From an uncultured bacterium (lineage in GTDB: Bacteria > Patescibacteriota > Minisyncoccia > Phycocordibacterales > Phycocordibacteraceae): a DNA stretch of 64,000 nt. The notes below the pieces were generated by a model. The model did not search any database. It saw nothing but the letters and a program-made list of their open reading frames with translations, and was not told the origin of the DNA. The stretch lies in NCBI GenBank assembly GCA_937879955.1, contig CALFMK010000001.1:201578-265577 (forward strand), given 5' to 3'. Position numbers and translations under genes: made by a program. Below are positions 1 through 9,961 of the stretch, piece after piece; position 1 is the stretch's first letter; every line of letters begins with the position of its first letter.

Positions 1-794
1 ATCTTCTTCGCGACGACGCGCATCTTTCCTCCCTTCTGGGCGAAGAAGTTCGCCTTGTCCTTGTTGTCCTGGATCTTCTTCGCGAGCTGCGCGTTCTTGC
101 GGTTCTCGCGCTCGATGCGGGCGGAGATCTCCTTGAGGAGGTCGTAGTAGTTACCGACGTACTGCTCGATCTTCTTCGTGTGCACGTCGAGATAGAGGAC
201 GCCCGTCGAGAACGTGTTGAGGAACTCCGCGTCGTGCGAGATAACCATCACCGTCTTCTCGTAGTTGAGGAGGAACTTCGTAAGATGCTCGATGCCTGCG
301 GTGTCGAGGTTGTTCGTCGGCTCGTCGAGGAGGAGGAGGTCCGGGTCCTGGATGAGCGCGGACGCGAGCAGGAGGCGCGCCTGCTGGCCGCCGGAGAAGC
401 TCTTCACGATGCGATCCTTCGGCGCATGCAGGTTCACCACCGCCAGCACGGCGTCTATCTTCGGGTCGATGTCGTACACCTTCTCCGGAAAGCGCTTCTC
501 GAAGAACGCGCGGACCGTGAGCTCGCGGTCCTCCGGCGCGATGGTCTGGCTCGCGAGCGCGACCGACGTGCCGCGCGGGATGAGGATGCGGCCGCTCTCC
601 GGCTTGTACGCGCCCGTGATGAGCTTGAAGAGGGTCGACTTGCCGGCGCCGTTCTGGCCCATGAGCGTCACCTTCATGCCCTTGCGCAGCGAGAAATCGA
701 CCTCCGTGACGATCGGATAGTTGTGGCCGTAGTTGAACGACACCTCCTCGAAGCGAAGGACCGCCTCCTGCGGTCCGTTGGTATTCCCTGCCAT
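1..794 (-). CDS. ABC-F family ATP-binding protein (3' end outside window)
   Basis: Reverse translation gives Walker A GQNGAGKSTL, signature FSGGQQARLLLA, Walker B LLDEPTNNLD and VISHD. Confidence 0.9.
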   Translation of the reverse strand, partial: MAGNTNGPQEAVLRFEEVSFNYGHNYPIVTEVDFSLRKGMKVTLMGQNGAGKSTLFKLITGAYKPESGRILIPRGTSVALASQTIAPEDRELTVRAFFEKRFPEKVYDIDPKIDAVLAVVNLHAPKDRIVKSFSGGQQARLLLASALIQDPDLLLLDEPTNNLDTAGIEHLTKFLLNYEKTVMVISHDAEFLNTFSTGVLYLDVHTKKIEQYVGNYYDLLKEISARIERENRKNAQLAKKIQDNKDKANFFAQKGGKMRVVAKK

Positions 795-837
795 AGTCTT
801 CCTATTCTACACTATTTGTGTCGTATTGATAAGCGCT

Positions 838-1356
838 TTACGGGATGTCTCCAACGATAACCGTCATGACGCCGGGGAATGTGGTAGGGCAATCCTGGTG
901 CTGGACCTGCGCGTCCGTGTTGTACGAGATCAGCACCATCTTGCCTGCGCACGCGGTGCCGGTCTGCGGACTGTTGAGCCAGGCGCAGGACGAGCCCGTC
1001 GCGCCGCAGTTCGAGAACTGGAAGTACCGCCAGACCGAAGGTCCGGCCTGATTGCTCACGGGATCGAGCGGCAGGTTCGGCATGTACGGCGCAAGCGCCG
1101 ACTTGAACCCGGCCGGCCAGTCTCCCGTGCTCGTGTTCCCCGTCGGAGGATACGTGCCGTTATTGTCGAGCATGTAGAGCGAGATCGCGTTCCGAATCTG
1201 GGTAAGCGACTGGATGCGCTGGGTATCGCGCGCGCGAGCCCGCGCCGTATTCAAGGAGGCGAGGATGACGCTCGAGAGGATGCCGATGATGGCGATGACC
1301 ACGAGGAGCTCGATGAGCGTGAAGCCTCTCTGCGAGGACATGTCGCGACGGGTCAT
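838..1356 (-). CDS. Type IV pilin / pseudopilin (GspG-like) with N-methylation motif
   Basis: RGFTLIELLVVIAIIGILSSV prepilin motif; LPLDP; C-terminal cysteines; TATACT 6 nt before ATG. Confidence 0.9.
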   Translation of the reverse strand: MTRRDMSSQRGFTLIELLVVIAIIGILSSVILASLNTARARARDTQRIQSLTQIRNAISLYMLDNNGTYPPTGNTSTGDWPAGFKSALAPYMPNLPLDPVSNQAGPSVWRYFQFSNCGATGSSCAWLNSPQTGTACAGKMVLISYNTDAQVQHQDCPTTFPGVMTVIVGDIP

Positions 1357-1379
1357 GGGAAAAGTATACCCTATGCGAA

Positions 1380-1940
1380 TCAGCGGCTCTCTCCTTCGAA
1401 ATCCTGCACGACCTCGCCCAGCTCGAGCGTGACTGGATCGAGGAGAAGACGGATACTCTTGCCGGCACTCGGGTCTCCCGCAATCGCATAGTTCACGACG
1501 ACGCTCCTTCCTTCGCCTTTCTCTGTGGTCTGTGGCGCAATGTCTTTCCCAAGAAGGACTGCGTGCGATCCCGTGTATCCGCCGTCACTCTTGAGCGCGG
1601 CGACCGCGTAGAAGAACACGCTCCCGTCAGCCGTCTCCTGCGTAACCAGGAACACCGCGTCTTCCGTTCCGTTCCCGTCGACGTCCTGCGTCACCTCATT
1701 GCCGAAATACCGCACCGTGCTCATACCACCTCCGCCGAGGGTCGTGGTCACCTGACCGACACCACCCGCTAAGGAGACCGGCTCTCCGCTCATCGTGAAG
1801 AGAATCTCCTTGAAATCGGCAGGGAGGTCGTCTCCCTGCTTCTCGCTGTAGATATAGGAATTGAGCGCGAAGAAGAGTGCGACCAAGACAGCAATCGCGA
1901 TTGTTACAGTGCCGAGGATCTTCTGCTTAGGAGAGAGCAT
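1380..1940 (-). CDS. Hypothetical membrane-anchored protein
   Basis: N-terminal TM helix, DVDGNGTED loop; fills gap between same-strand genes. Confidence 0.7.
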   Translation of the reverse strand: MLSPKQKILGTVTIAIAVLVALFFALNSYIYSEKQGDDLPADFKEILFTMSGEPVSLAGGVGQVTTTLGGGGMSTVRYFGNEVTQDVDGNGTEDAVFLVTQETADGSVFFYAVAALKSDGGYTGSHAVLLGKDIAPQTTEKGEGRSVVVNYAIAGDPSAGKSIRLLLDPVTLELGEVVQDFEGESR

Positions 1941-1944
1941 GGCC

Positions 1945-3189
1945 CTATGCATTCATGCCTGCGACATATCCCGTCGTCCAGCACAGCTGCAGCGAGTACC
2001 CGCCGGTGGGACGCTTGATGTTGAGGAGGTCGCCGATGATAAACAGGTTCGGACAGACCTTGGAGCGCATGGTCTTCATGTCGACCTCCGTGAGCGAGAC
2101 GCCGCCATCCGCCACGACCGCGCGAGAGAGTCCCATGAGACCGGAGATGGTAACCGGAAGCGCCTTCAAGAGCTCGGCGATGCGCCTGCGTTCTTCCTTC
2201 GTCACGCTATGCACGCGCTTGTCGCGATCGATGTTCGGCAGGAGCGCAAGGAGCGCGTCAGCAGTCCCTGCAGGCGCGATGTGGCGGAACACGTTCCGGA
2301 GCTCCTTGTTCTTGTTCTCGTCGAAGACGCCGGCGATCTGCTTGTCGAGGATGCCGAGATCGACCGCCGGATACGCGTCGATGGATGCCGTCACCTCGCC
2401 CTCCTGCATGAGATCGCTGATCTTCCCCGCGTTGTTCAGGATGAGCGGGCCCGAGAGGCCGAAGTGCGTCATGAGCACGTTGCCCTTGATGGCGAACCTC
2501 TTCGCGCCGTTCACGTACACCGTCATCTTCATGTCAGGGATCGTGATGCCGGCGAGCGACTTCACCCACGCATCCTTCACCTTTATAGGGACGATGGTCG
2601 GCGTCGGATCGGTCACAGTGTGCCCCGCGTCCGCGAGCCAGCGGAAGCCGTCCCCGGTCGAGCCGGTCTCAGGATGCGAGACGCCGCCGGTCGCGAATAC
2701 ATAGGAATCTGCGGAATACTCCTTCCCACCCATGAGCACGCTCTTTATAGACCCGCCGCTCACGGAGACGCGCGCGACCGGAAGCCCGGTCCTGATGTCC
2801 GCGCCCTGCGCCTTCACATATTTGTAGAGGGCTGCCGTGACGTCCTCGGCGCTCTGCGACACCGGGAACGCGCGCTTGCGGCCTTCGACCACGATCGGCA
2901 CGCCGATGGACTCGAAGAACGCCATCGAGTCCTGCATGCCGAACTGCGAGAATGGCGAATGGAGGAAATCGGCAGCATCGCCGAAATGGGAGAGGAGCAC
3001 GCGCTCGTCCTCCTCCGCGTTCAGGATGTTGCAGCGCCCGCCGCCGGTTATGGAGAGCTTCTCGCCGAGCTTCTTGTTCTTTTCGATGAGGAGCACGCGC
3101 TTGCCGTTGCCCGCAGCGATGCCCGCCGCCATCATGCCGGCAGCGCCTCCTCCGACCACGATCACGTCGTACCTGTCGCCTGAATTCAT
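1945..3189 (-). CDS. HI0933/YhiN family NAD(P)/FAD-dependent oxidoreductase
   Basis: GGGAAGMMAA, GEKLSITGGGRCN, ATGG..P.TGSTGDG, THFGLSGP, TGGYSLQ. Confidence 0.92.
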   Translation of the reverse strand: MNSGDRYDVIVVGGGAAGMMAAGIAAGNGKRVLLIEKNKKLGEKLSITGGGRCNILNAEEDERVLLSHFGDAADFLHSPFSQFGMQDSMAFFESIGVPIVVEGRKRAFPVSQSAEDVTAALYKYVKAQGADIRTGLPVARVSVSGGSIKSVLMGGKEYSADSYVFATGGVSHPETGSTGDGFRWLADAGHTVTDPTPTIVPIKVKDAWVKSLAGITIPDMKMTVYVNGAKRFAIKGNVLMTHFGLSGPLILNNAGKISDLMQEGEVTASIDAYPAVDLGILDKQIAGVFDENKNKELRNVFRHIAPAGTADALLALLPNIDRDKRVHSVTKEERRRIAELLKALPVTISGLMGLSRAVVADGGVSLTEVDMKTMRSKVCPNLFIIGDLLNIKRPTGGYSLQLCWTTGYVAGMNA

Positions 3190-3221
3190 AACGACACGAT
3201 ACCTCGGAAACGGCAAATCTC

Positions 3222-4487
3222 CTACAGTTCCTCCGCGAGGATCGCGAGGAGGCCCGCCGCGCTCCATGCCTGCGTCCGGCAGGCGCGCTGCCCGGACGGA
3301 CTCTCGTAGTCGCCGAGCTTCTTGTCGTACGTGAAGAGCTCTACCGGCGTACCGAAGTGGCCGTACGCTTTGAGAAGCGCATCCCGTACCTGCCCTGCCT
3401 CGAGCTCGAACCCGGCATAGCGAAGACCCAGGGCGATCATGGCCGTGTCGTGCGGCCAGATGGATCCGTTGTGATAGCTGTTCGCCGAGAAGTGAGACGA
3501 GTCGCTCGAGAGCGTGCGTATGCCGGCGTTCGGCACGAAGAGGTCGTGCTCCATGAGCCGATGCGCCACGCGCCCCACGTCCTCGGGCGCGAGCAAGGAG
3601 AAGTACGATCCGTCGTCGCGGGCTCCTGCCCACAGCACGTGCCCCATCGACGAGCGCGCCGAGGTCAGCATGCGGCCCTGGCCGTCGAGCGCGAACGCGG
3701 GCGTTCCGTTCGGCAGCATGAAGTGCTCGTAGAACCGCTCGCGAAGAGCCCGCGCACGCTCGAGGAGGAGCGCCGCGAGGTCCGGCTCGCTCTCCGCGAG
3801 GAGGAGGTGCCAGACGCTCAAGGCGCGGTACGCGTACGCCTGCACCTCCACCGGCGCGATCGTATACGCCGGCTCGTCGTCACGGTCCTCGAAGAAGACC
3901 GATTCGCCGCTGTCCATCCAGCTCTGTACGCGAAGCCCTCCGCCCGTGCGCTCCGGATGGAACTGATATGCCACCAGGCCGTGCTGATGATCATCCATAG
4001 TCGTGAGGAGCCATGCGAGCGCGTCGCTCACGTTCCCTTGAAGGAGGTCGAGGAGCTCCTCGTCCCCGGTGAGCCGATAGTACTTCTCTACCGCCATGAG
4101 GAAGAGCGGCGTCGCGTCCACGGTGTCATAGTTGCGCATGATGCCGTCCGGATAGAGGAACCACGGATGCTCCTGCTGCGTGAGGTGCTCGTGACCATCC
4201 GTTCGGAACTCATGGATGATCTTCCCCGGCTCCTCGCCGCTCTCGATGTTATGTTCGCGCCCCTGGAGCTTCGCGAGGTTCACGAGGATCTTGCGTACGA
4301 GCCCGACGAGGTAGGGATCCCTCGTCTTCTCGTACACGCGAATGAGAAGCAGGCTCGTTATGAGCGAGTCGCGCCCGAAGATGCAGCCATAGAGCTCCTC
4401 GCGCCCGGACGCGAGGATGCCCTGCTCGGTCTCGAGTTCGCGGACGGCCTTCATGCCGATATCCCAGAGTCCTTCGCGCGTCTTCAT
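3222..4487 (-). CDS. Amylo-alpha-1,6-glucosidase / glycogen debranching enzyme family
   Basis: FGRDSLI, EEPGKIIHE, DATPLF, WMDS, YHNGSIWPHD, QAWSAA. Confidence 0.88.
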   Translation of the reverse strand: MKTREGLWDIGMKAVRELETEQGILASGREELYGCIFGRDSLITSLLLIRVYEKTRDPYLVGLVRKILVNLAKLQGREHNIESGEEPGKIIHEFRTDGHEHLTQQEHPWFLYPDGIMRNYDTVDATPLFLMAVEKYYRLTGDEELLDLLQGNVSDALAWLLTTMDDHQHGLVAYQFHPERTGGGLRVQSWMDSGESVFFEDRDDEPAYTIAPVEVQAYAYRALSVWHLLLAESEPDLAALLLERARALRERFYEHFMLPNGTPAFALDGQGRMLTSARSSMGHVLWAGARDDGSYFSLLAPEDVGRVAHRLMEHDLFVPNAGIRTLSSDSSHFSANSYHNGSIWPHDTAMIALGLRYAGFELEAGQVRDALLKAYGHFGTPVELFTYDKKLGDYESPSGQRACRTQAWSAAGLLAILAEEL

Positions 4488-4530
4488 GCCTTCAGCATAC
4501 GGGAAGGACCTATCGGAATGATGAAGGGTC

Positions 4531-4689
4531 CTAGCGCGTCATCTTGAATGCGGCATAGATGCCGAGCATGGCGCCGAGCGCGCCGAAGATAAGCGAGGAG
4601 AACGAGAAGACGCCCGCGCCCCACAGGCTCGGTATGAAGCTCCCGATGCTCGAACCCACCGTCATGCCGATCCAGATCGCAGGTTTCAT
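4531..4689 (-). CDS. Small Gly-rich membrane protein (52 aa)
   Basis: MKPAIWIGMTVGSSIGSFIPSLWGAGVFSFSSLIFGALGAMLGIYAAFKMTR; abuts upstream gene. Confidence 0.7.
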   Translation of the reverse strand: MKPAIWIGMTVGSSIGSFIPSLWGAGVFSFSSLIFGALGAMLGIYAAFKMTR

Positions 4690-4690
4690 A

Positions 4691-5089
4691 TTATGTCCTC
4701 GGTGCCGGATTCCCTGCCGCCAGCAGGACGCATGCCTTCGCGATGCGTTCTCCCTTCTCGTCAGCGTCCTTCGCTTTCTCTATCCAGCCCACGAAGTCCC
4801 TGCGCGCGTCAGGCGACAGTCCTTTCCATGCGGTCTTTGCTTTCGGCGTGCCTGCGAGCGCCTTGTACAGATTCATCGGCACGATGGCATAGCAGCACGG
4901 ACGGCGCTTTCCGGATGCGAGCTTGTCTATGGCAACCGCGACGCGACGCGTACGGGTCTCGGCCTGTTTCGCGCTCTCTATCCAGCTGATGAAATCCCTC
5001 CGGGAGATCGGCGTGAGGGCCTGCCACTGCGTCTTCGCCTTCGGGTCAGACGCGAGCGCTTTCTTGAGGTCAGCTGGCAGCGTTTCCAT
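4691..5089 (-). CDS. YdeI/OmpD-associated (OmdA) family protein, two repeats
   Basis: Two copies of P.DL.KAL...PKAK..W..L.P..RRDF..WIE.AK. Confidence 0.85.
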   Translation of the reverse strand: METLPADLKKALASDPKAKTQWQALTPISRRDFISWIESAKQAETRTRRVAVAIDKLASGKRRPCCYAIVPMNLYKALAGTPKAKTAWKGLSPDARRDFVGWIEKAKDADEKGERIAKACVLLAAGNPAPRT

Positions 5090-5200
5090 GACGCAATGAT
5101 ACCGCAGAGGACGCGGTTAGTTAGCTGGCCGTCTGAACGATGTTAGAAACCTTATGCAATCTATGCTAGTTTCTGTCCAGATGGATTGATGGAGGCTGAT

Positions 5201-5542
5201 ATGGGAAATATGGGGTGGGAAGACCTGCTCACGAGAGTTGATTTTGTGGGCGGAGACGTGACCCTTTTTCTGTTTGAGAGAGAAGAGCGAAGTACGCTTG
5301 TTTCTATCACGGCAAAGAACAAGAACCTTTACCTCAACTGCACGAGAACGCATGTAAGGAACAAGCTCAACAACTCCTGGGACTACAAGTCAGATGAAAC
5401 ATCGATAGAGTTCCCCAAGAAAGGTACGGTGATCGAGTTTCTTCAAGACGGCTCGATGCAACTCTCTATTCCTGACCTGCCTATTAAATGCACCCTGCAA
5501 AAGAAAGGTGGTTCTTCGATGGACACAACGCAACTGCAATAA
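5201..5542 (+). CDS. Hypothetical protein (orphan, low GC)
   Basis: GGAGG SD before ATG 5201; followed by hairpin. Confidence 0.65.
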   Translation: MGNMGWEDLLTRVDFVGGDVTLFLFEREERSTLVSITAKNKNLYLNCTRTHVRNKLNNSWDYKSDETSIEFPKKGTVIEFLQDGSMQLSIPDLPIKCTLQKKGGSSMDTTQLQ

Positions 5543-5667
5543 GATTGTTTAGGCCACCGCATGTCGGTGGCCTGTTCTTTTAAAAGCTTGCTGGCAGTCT
5601 GGGACGATGTTGGAACTTTTAAGAAGCCAGTGGTAAGTTCCGTTCAGAGCAACTGAGGAGAACGCCG

Positions 5668-5910
5668 ATGCCAGGAGGTATCTTGCTTCCACAAGAAAGT
5701 CATATCCTTGGGGAGCGCATAGCTACTCGCAGAAAGGAGAAGGGATTAACGCAGCTACGGCTTGCTGAGAGCCTGGACGTTGAGCGGTGCATGATTAGCT
5801 ACTACGAGACCGCCAAGGTACCCATAACCGTTGAGAAGCTCCTTCTCGTCTGCAGGGTACTTGATACTCCCATATCCTACTTTCTCGAAGGACTCGACCA
5901 CACGCATTAG
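5668..5910 (+). CDS. XRE/HTH_3 family transcriptional regulator
   Basis: GERIATRRKEKGLTQLRLAESLDV....ISYYE; GAGGAG SD. Confidence 0.88.
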   Translation: MPGGILLPQESHILGERIATRRKEKGLTQLRLAESLDVERCMISYYETAKVPITVEKLLLVCRVLDTPISYFLEGLDHTH

Positions 5911-5932
5911 TACGCGTGTGGTCTTTCGTTTC

Positions 5933-6006
5933 TGGCTGGGAGACTAGGGATCGAACCTAGATTGAGGGCTTCAAAGGCCCCTGTCCTACCATTAGACGAT
6001 CTCCCA
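5933..6006 (-). tRNA. tRNA-Gln(TTG)
   Basis: Cloverleaf TGGGAGA..TCTCCCA-GCCA, anticodon loop CT-TTG-AA, GGTTCGATCC. Confidence 0.95.
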
Positions 6007-6136
6007 ATGCGCACCCCGTAATCCTGCCCGCAAACCCCCTCCGTCGCAAGCCTATGCACAATGAGAGGCCAGGACTTTATCAAAATTTTATCTCCAGCGG
6101 ATATAGTTATCAGGTATAAGCCCTATCAGAACTCCC

Positions 6137-6454
6137 ATGCGCGTAACGAAAAGCATCAGCTCCTATATCATCCGCTCGAACAAGTGGATGTTCAAGGATA
6201 CGCCTGAGCGCATCGACTACCACATCGAGAGCGGCGACTACCTCCCGCTTCTCGCTACCATGATGGGGTTCATGGAGGAGGCGCTCCAGTCAAACGACAG
6301 CACCGCGGCGAACGAGAGGAAGACAGAGATCGCCCTCAAGCTCGCGCGTGAGCTCCGCAAGGACCTCCGCTACGTAGGCGCGAACTATCACCTCCTCCCG
6401 CGCGACGCGAAGGACAAGCAGGTTATCCGTTCCGGAAACGTCCTCGCGAGCTAG
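6137..6454 (+). CDS. Hypothetical protein
   Basis: 105-aa ORF with host-like codon usage, convergent with next gene. Confidence 0.7.
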   Translation: MRVTKSISSYIIRSNKWMFKDTPERIDYHIESGDYLPLLATMMGFMEEALQSNDSTAANERKTEIALKLARELRKDLRYVGANYHLLPRDAKDKQVIRSGNVLAS

Positions 6455-7365
6455 AGCTTGCAGGCTTCCTTGAGCGCCGTCACATCGGCGTCCGCGAGCT
6501 CGAACGTGTTGCCGATATTGTAGGAGTACATCACGGAGTCCGGATCGTCCGTATGGTCGAGCCCGAGCGCGTGCCCGAACTCGTGCGCGAGCACCCGCTT
6601 CAGCTCCATGGTGTCATCGAACTCGAATATGGTGATGCGCTTCCCTTTCTCGTCAGCGACATAGTTCCCCTGGTCGAAGTCATGGCCGACCGCCTCGTTA
6701 TAGACGTCGACCTTCGCGTTGAGGCGGCTCGCGAGCGCGTTCAGCTCCCTGACGTCGGACTGTATCGAGTCCGCGAGCGCGTTTATGCGGTCTACCGACT
6801 CGCTGAGGCGGGTACGCATGCTCGCGAGCCGCGCCTTCTCTGACTCGAGCGCCTGATACTCCGCCGGCGGCGCTCCGCCCCGCTCGTTCCAGTACGAGAC
6901 CTTCTCCTCGTATGCGTCCACGGCCGCGTCATACGCGCGCTGCTGCCGCTCATAGCTCGCCGTGGCAGAGGTATAGCGCTCACGGGTCGCGTCTATCTCC
7001 TCTTTCATGTCGTCATACGCGCGCTGGTCCGCGCTGATGTCGTCGCCAATCTTCACGGCCTCCTGACGCTCGTCATAGGCGAGATTCACGGACACCTCGG
7101 GACTCGACGAGACCTCGATGAGAGTCTTTCCAGCGGCCGCGTTCCAGAGCCCTGCGGCGTCCTTCGCGGCCTGCTCGAATGTAGCGCGCGAGATGCCGAA
7201 CCGCGCGTCATACGTGCCTATGGCATAGCGGACCGGTTCCGAGCACGGCTTCTTGAGCGCATCGAGGGAGAATGACGGGTTATGCCCGAGCACCGCGTAC
7301 GCGAGAAGCCCGGCGACCGCGACCGGAAGGAGGTACCTCACGACCGGCTTGAGGGATTCCTGCAT
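6451..7365 (-). CDS. Matrixin-family (M10) metalloprotease with coiled-coil insert
   Basis: HEFGHALGLDH zinc motif, Met-turn SVMY, N-terminal TM. Confidence 0.88.
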   Translation of the reverse strand: MQESLKPVVRYLLPVAVAGLLAYAVLGHNPSFSLDALKKPCSEPVRYAIGTYDARFGISRATFEQAAKDAAGLWNAAAGKTLIEVSSSPEVSVNLAYDERQEAVKIGDDISADQRAYDDMKEEIDATRERYTSATASYERQQRAYDAAVDAYEEKVSYWNERGGAPPAEYQALESEKARLASMRTRLSESVDRINALADSIQSDVRELNALASRLNAKVDVYNEAVGHDFDQGNYVADEKGKRITIFEFDDTMELKRVLAHEFGHALGLDHTDDPDSVMYSYNIGNTFELADADVTALKEACKL

Positions 7366-8393
7366 CAGCGAGAGAGCTCGAGGACCGCGAGCTCGAGCGG
7401 GAGCGACGGGACCGGCGCGAAGCGCATGCGGGCGCTCGCGTCGAGGAAGGCCTTCAGCGTCTCGTGCGTGAGCTTCGAGTCCTTCGCCGTCACGAGCTCC
7501 AGGGCATCCTTCGCCGTATCCTCGCCGAGCTCTTCCTCGATCTTCGCCTTCAGCTCTGGCGCATGACGCATGAGGAGCACCTGGCGCAGGTACTCGAGCA
7601 CGAGCGCGAGATAGAGCGGCATGTCGATGCCCTGCTCGGACACCGTACGGATGGTTGCAAGAGCCTTCTCTGCATTGCCTTCCGAGAGCGCTGCCGCGAG
7701 GCCGTAGACGAGCGCATGGCGCGGAGCGCCGGTTGCCTTCTCGGCGTCCTCGCGCGTGAGCGTCTTGTCCGAGGAGGATGCGAGCGCCTTCTCGAGCACG
7801 GAGAGCGCATCGCGGTACGAGCCGTCCCCGAGCATGCCGATGAGGTCGGCTGCCGCAGGCTCGATATCGTAGCCCTCCTTCTTCCCGACCTCGAGGACCA
7901 GCGATGCGAGGCCGCTTCGCGTCGGCTTCTTGAACGAGAACACCTGGCAGCGCGAGCGCACCGTGTCAGGCACCTTGTCGAGCTCGGTAGTGGCGAGGAT
8001 GAGCACCACGTGCGCCGGCGGCTCCTCGAGCGTCTTCAGGAGCGCGTTCCAGGCTCCCTTCGAGAGCATGTGCGCCTCGTCGAGGATGTAGACCTTCCGC
8101 TCCGAGTTGAACGGCAGCGTATGCACGCTCTCGTTGAGCGCCCGCACCTCGTCCACGCCGTTGTTCGACGCGGCGTCGAGCTCGTAGATGTCGCGCTCGT
8201 CGGTCTTGAGCTCGCGCGCGAAGATGCGGGCGATGGAGGTCTTGCCGAGGCCGCGCGATCCCGCGAAGAGGTACGCGTGCGCCACCTTCCCTTCCTTGAT
8301 CTGGCTCTCGAGCGGCCTCACGACCTGGTCCTGGCCGATGACGTCCTTGAAGGACTGGGGTCGGTATGCGCGGTACAGCGACTGATGTGCCAT
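7365..8393 (-). CDS. dnaX: DNA polymerase III subunit gamma/tau
   Basis: LYRAYRPQSF, GSRGLGKTS, DAASNNGVD, DEAHML, NALLKTLEEPP, SRC. Confidence 0.97.
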   Translation of the reverse strand: MAHQSLYRAYRPQSFKDVIGQDQVVRPLESQIKEGKVAHAYLFAGSRGLGKTSIARIFARELKTDERDIYELDAASNNGVDEVRALNESVHTLPFNSERKVYILDEAHMLSKGAWNALLKTLEEPPAHVVLILATTELDKVPDTVRSRCQVFSFKKPTRSGLASLVLEVGKKEGYDIEPAAADLIGMLGDGSYRDALSVLEKALASSSDKTLTREDAEKATGAPRHALVYGLAAALSEGNAEKALATIRTVSEQGIDMPLYLALVLEYLRQVLLMRHAPELKAKIEEELGEDTAKDALELVTAKDSKLTHETLKAFLDASARMRFAPVPSLPLELAVLELSR

Positions 8394-8426
8394 ATGGTGC
8401 CAGTATACCAGGCGGCCCGAAGAGGC

Positions 8427-9395
8427 CTACAACGGATGCTGGGCGAGCACCTGCTCCATCTCCGCAGCCGACGCGGTCTCCATGAGCGCTGCGCGGAGCT
8501 CCGCCGCGTTGTCGAAGCCGGTGGCGAACGCCTTCACGTGCTTGCGGACGAGATGGAAGGACTTCGCCGGGCGCATCGCCTCGAAATCGTGCGCGAACGC
8601 GACGAGCGCCTCGAGCCGTTCCTTCGGCGTCGTATCCGCGAAGGTCCTTCCGGCGAATACCCACGGATTCCCGAAGATGCCGCGGCCGATCATGGCGCCG
8701 TCGCAGCCGCTCTCCTCGATCTTCCGCACGGCGTCCGCGCGGTCAGTCACGTCGCCGTTCCCGATGATGCGGGTATTCGGCGCGATGCGGTCCCGGAGCG
8801 CGACGATGCGCGGCATGAGCTCCCAGTGCGCCGGCACCTTCGACATCTCCTTGCGGGTGCGCAGGTGGACCGTGAGCGCAGGCAGGTTCTCCTCAAGAAG
8901 CGCGGGGAGCCATTCGTCGATCGCCTCCTGGTTGTAGCCGATGCGCGTTTTAACTGAGACCGGGAGCCCGGACTCGCGTGCCGCCTTGATGATCTCCTTC
9001 GCCTTCGCCGGGTTCTTGATCATCGCCGCGCCGCACCCCTGCTTCTCGATGGACTTGTCCGGGCAGCCCATGTTTATGTCGATGCCGTCGAATCCGAGCT
9101 CGGCGCAGAGCTTCGCGGTATAGGCCATCGCTACGGGATCGCTCGAGAAGAGCTGCGCCACGATGGGACGCTCGCCTTCCGTGAACGCGAGGTCGCGCAT
9201 GAGCGGGTTCTCGTCATCCGGAACACCCTTCTTCTCGCGCATGTGATAGATGCCATCCGCGGACACGAACTCGGTCCAGGTGACGTCGGGCTTCCCATGC
9301 TCGGCTATGAGCTTCCGGTACGCAGGGTCGGTCACGTCCGCCATAGGCGCGAGTACGAAAAAAGGCTTCGAGAGCCTTGCCCAGAACGTATCCAT
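8427..9395 (-). CDS. dus: tRNA-dihydrouridine synthase
   Basis: LAPMADVTD, DINMGCP, PVSVKTRIG, IGNGDV, MIGRG. Confidence 0.93.
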   Translation of the reverse strand: MDTFWARLSKPFFVLAPMADVTDPAYRKLIAEHGKPDVTWTEFVSADGIYHMREKKGVPDDENPLMRDLAFTEGERPIVAQLFSSDPVAMAYTAKLCAELGFDGIDINMGCPDKSIEKQGCGAAMIKNPAKAKEIIKAARESGLPVSVKTRIGYNQEAIDEWLPALLEENLPALTVHLRTRKEMSKVPAHWELMPRIVALRDRIAPNTRIIGNGDVTDRADAVRKIEESGCDGAMIGRGIFGNPWVFAGRTFADTTPKERLEALVAFAHDFEAMRPAKSFHLVRKHVKAFATGFDNAAELRAALMETASAAEMEQVLAQHPL

Positions 9396-9504
9396 TGAGG
9401 CTATCCTACCTGCCGCGGATTCATTCGACAATATCGAAACCCTCGCGTAAAGTGCGGCCAGATGTTCCGCCGTGGCGCATCGATGCTCGCAGGGAGGCTA
9501 GGTC

Positions 9505-9918
9505 ATGAAAAGGACCGTATTCGCCTTCGCGAGAACGCGCGAGGGTATTATTGCCGTACGAAGGGCGGGAGAGACGCAGTGGCATTTTCTTGAGATCGAG
9601 GTTCCCGCGAACGAACCTGACTGGAGGAAGTCCGCGAGTCAGGGATTCGAGAACGCGACAGGCGTGCCTTCAAATCCTCAGGAATGGGACCTCATCGTCT
9701 CAAACGTGAACCAGAACGGTAGCAAAGGAAAGAAGCGCGAGACCATATATTGCGAGATGCGGATATCGAATCCGAAGATCCTCGAGTGTAAGCGGTCTCG
9801 CGGAAAAGACGGTCACCAGGTGGAGATAGTCTCATATTGGAAGGCTGAGAACAGTTTCAATCTCTGCAAGAAGGACCGTGACTTCCTTCACGTACACGAT
9901 CTGCTTGGCCCTTTCTAA
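9505..9918 (+). CDS. Hypothetical protein, possibly degenerate NUDIX fold
   Basis: GGAGG SD; W.FLEIEV...E......SQGFENATGV resembles an eroded Nudix box. Confidence 0.55.
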   Translation: MKRTVFAFARTREGIIAVRRAGETQWHFLEIEVPANEPDWRKSASQGFENATGVPSNPQEWDLIVSNVNQNGSKGKKRETIYCEMRISNPKILECKRSRGKDGHQVEIVSYWKAENSFNLCKKDRDFLHVHDLLGPF

Positions 9919-9961
9919 GGAGCATGCCGGCGCGCAGGATATTCCTGAGCGCCGGCTTTTC

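Noticed and set aside
6010-6136. AT-rich stretch as possible oriC
   Set aside because: No clustered TTATCCACA boxes; consistent with divergent promoters
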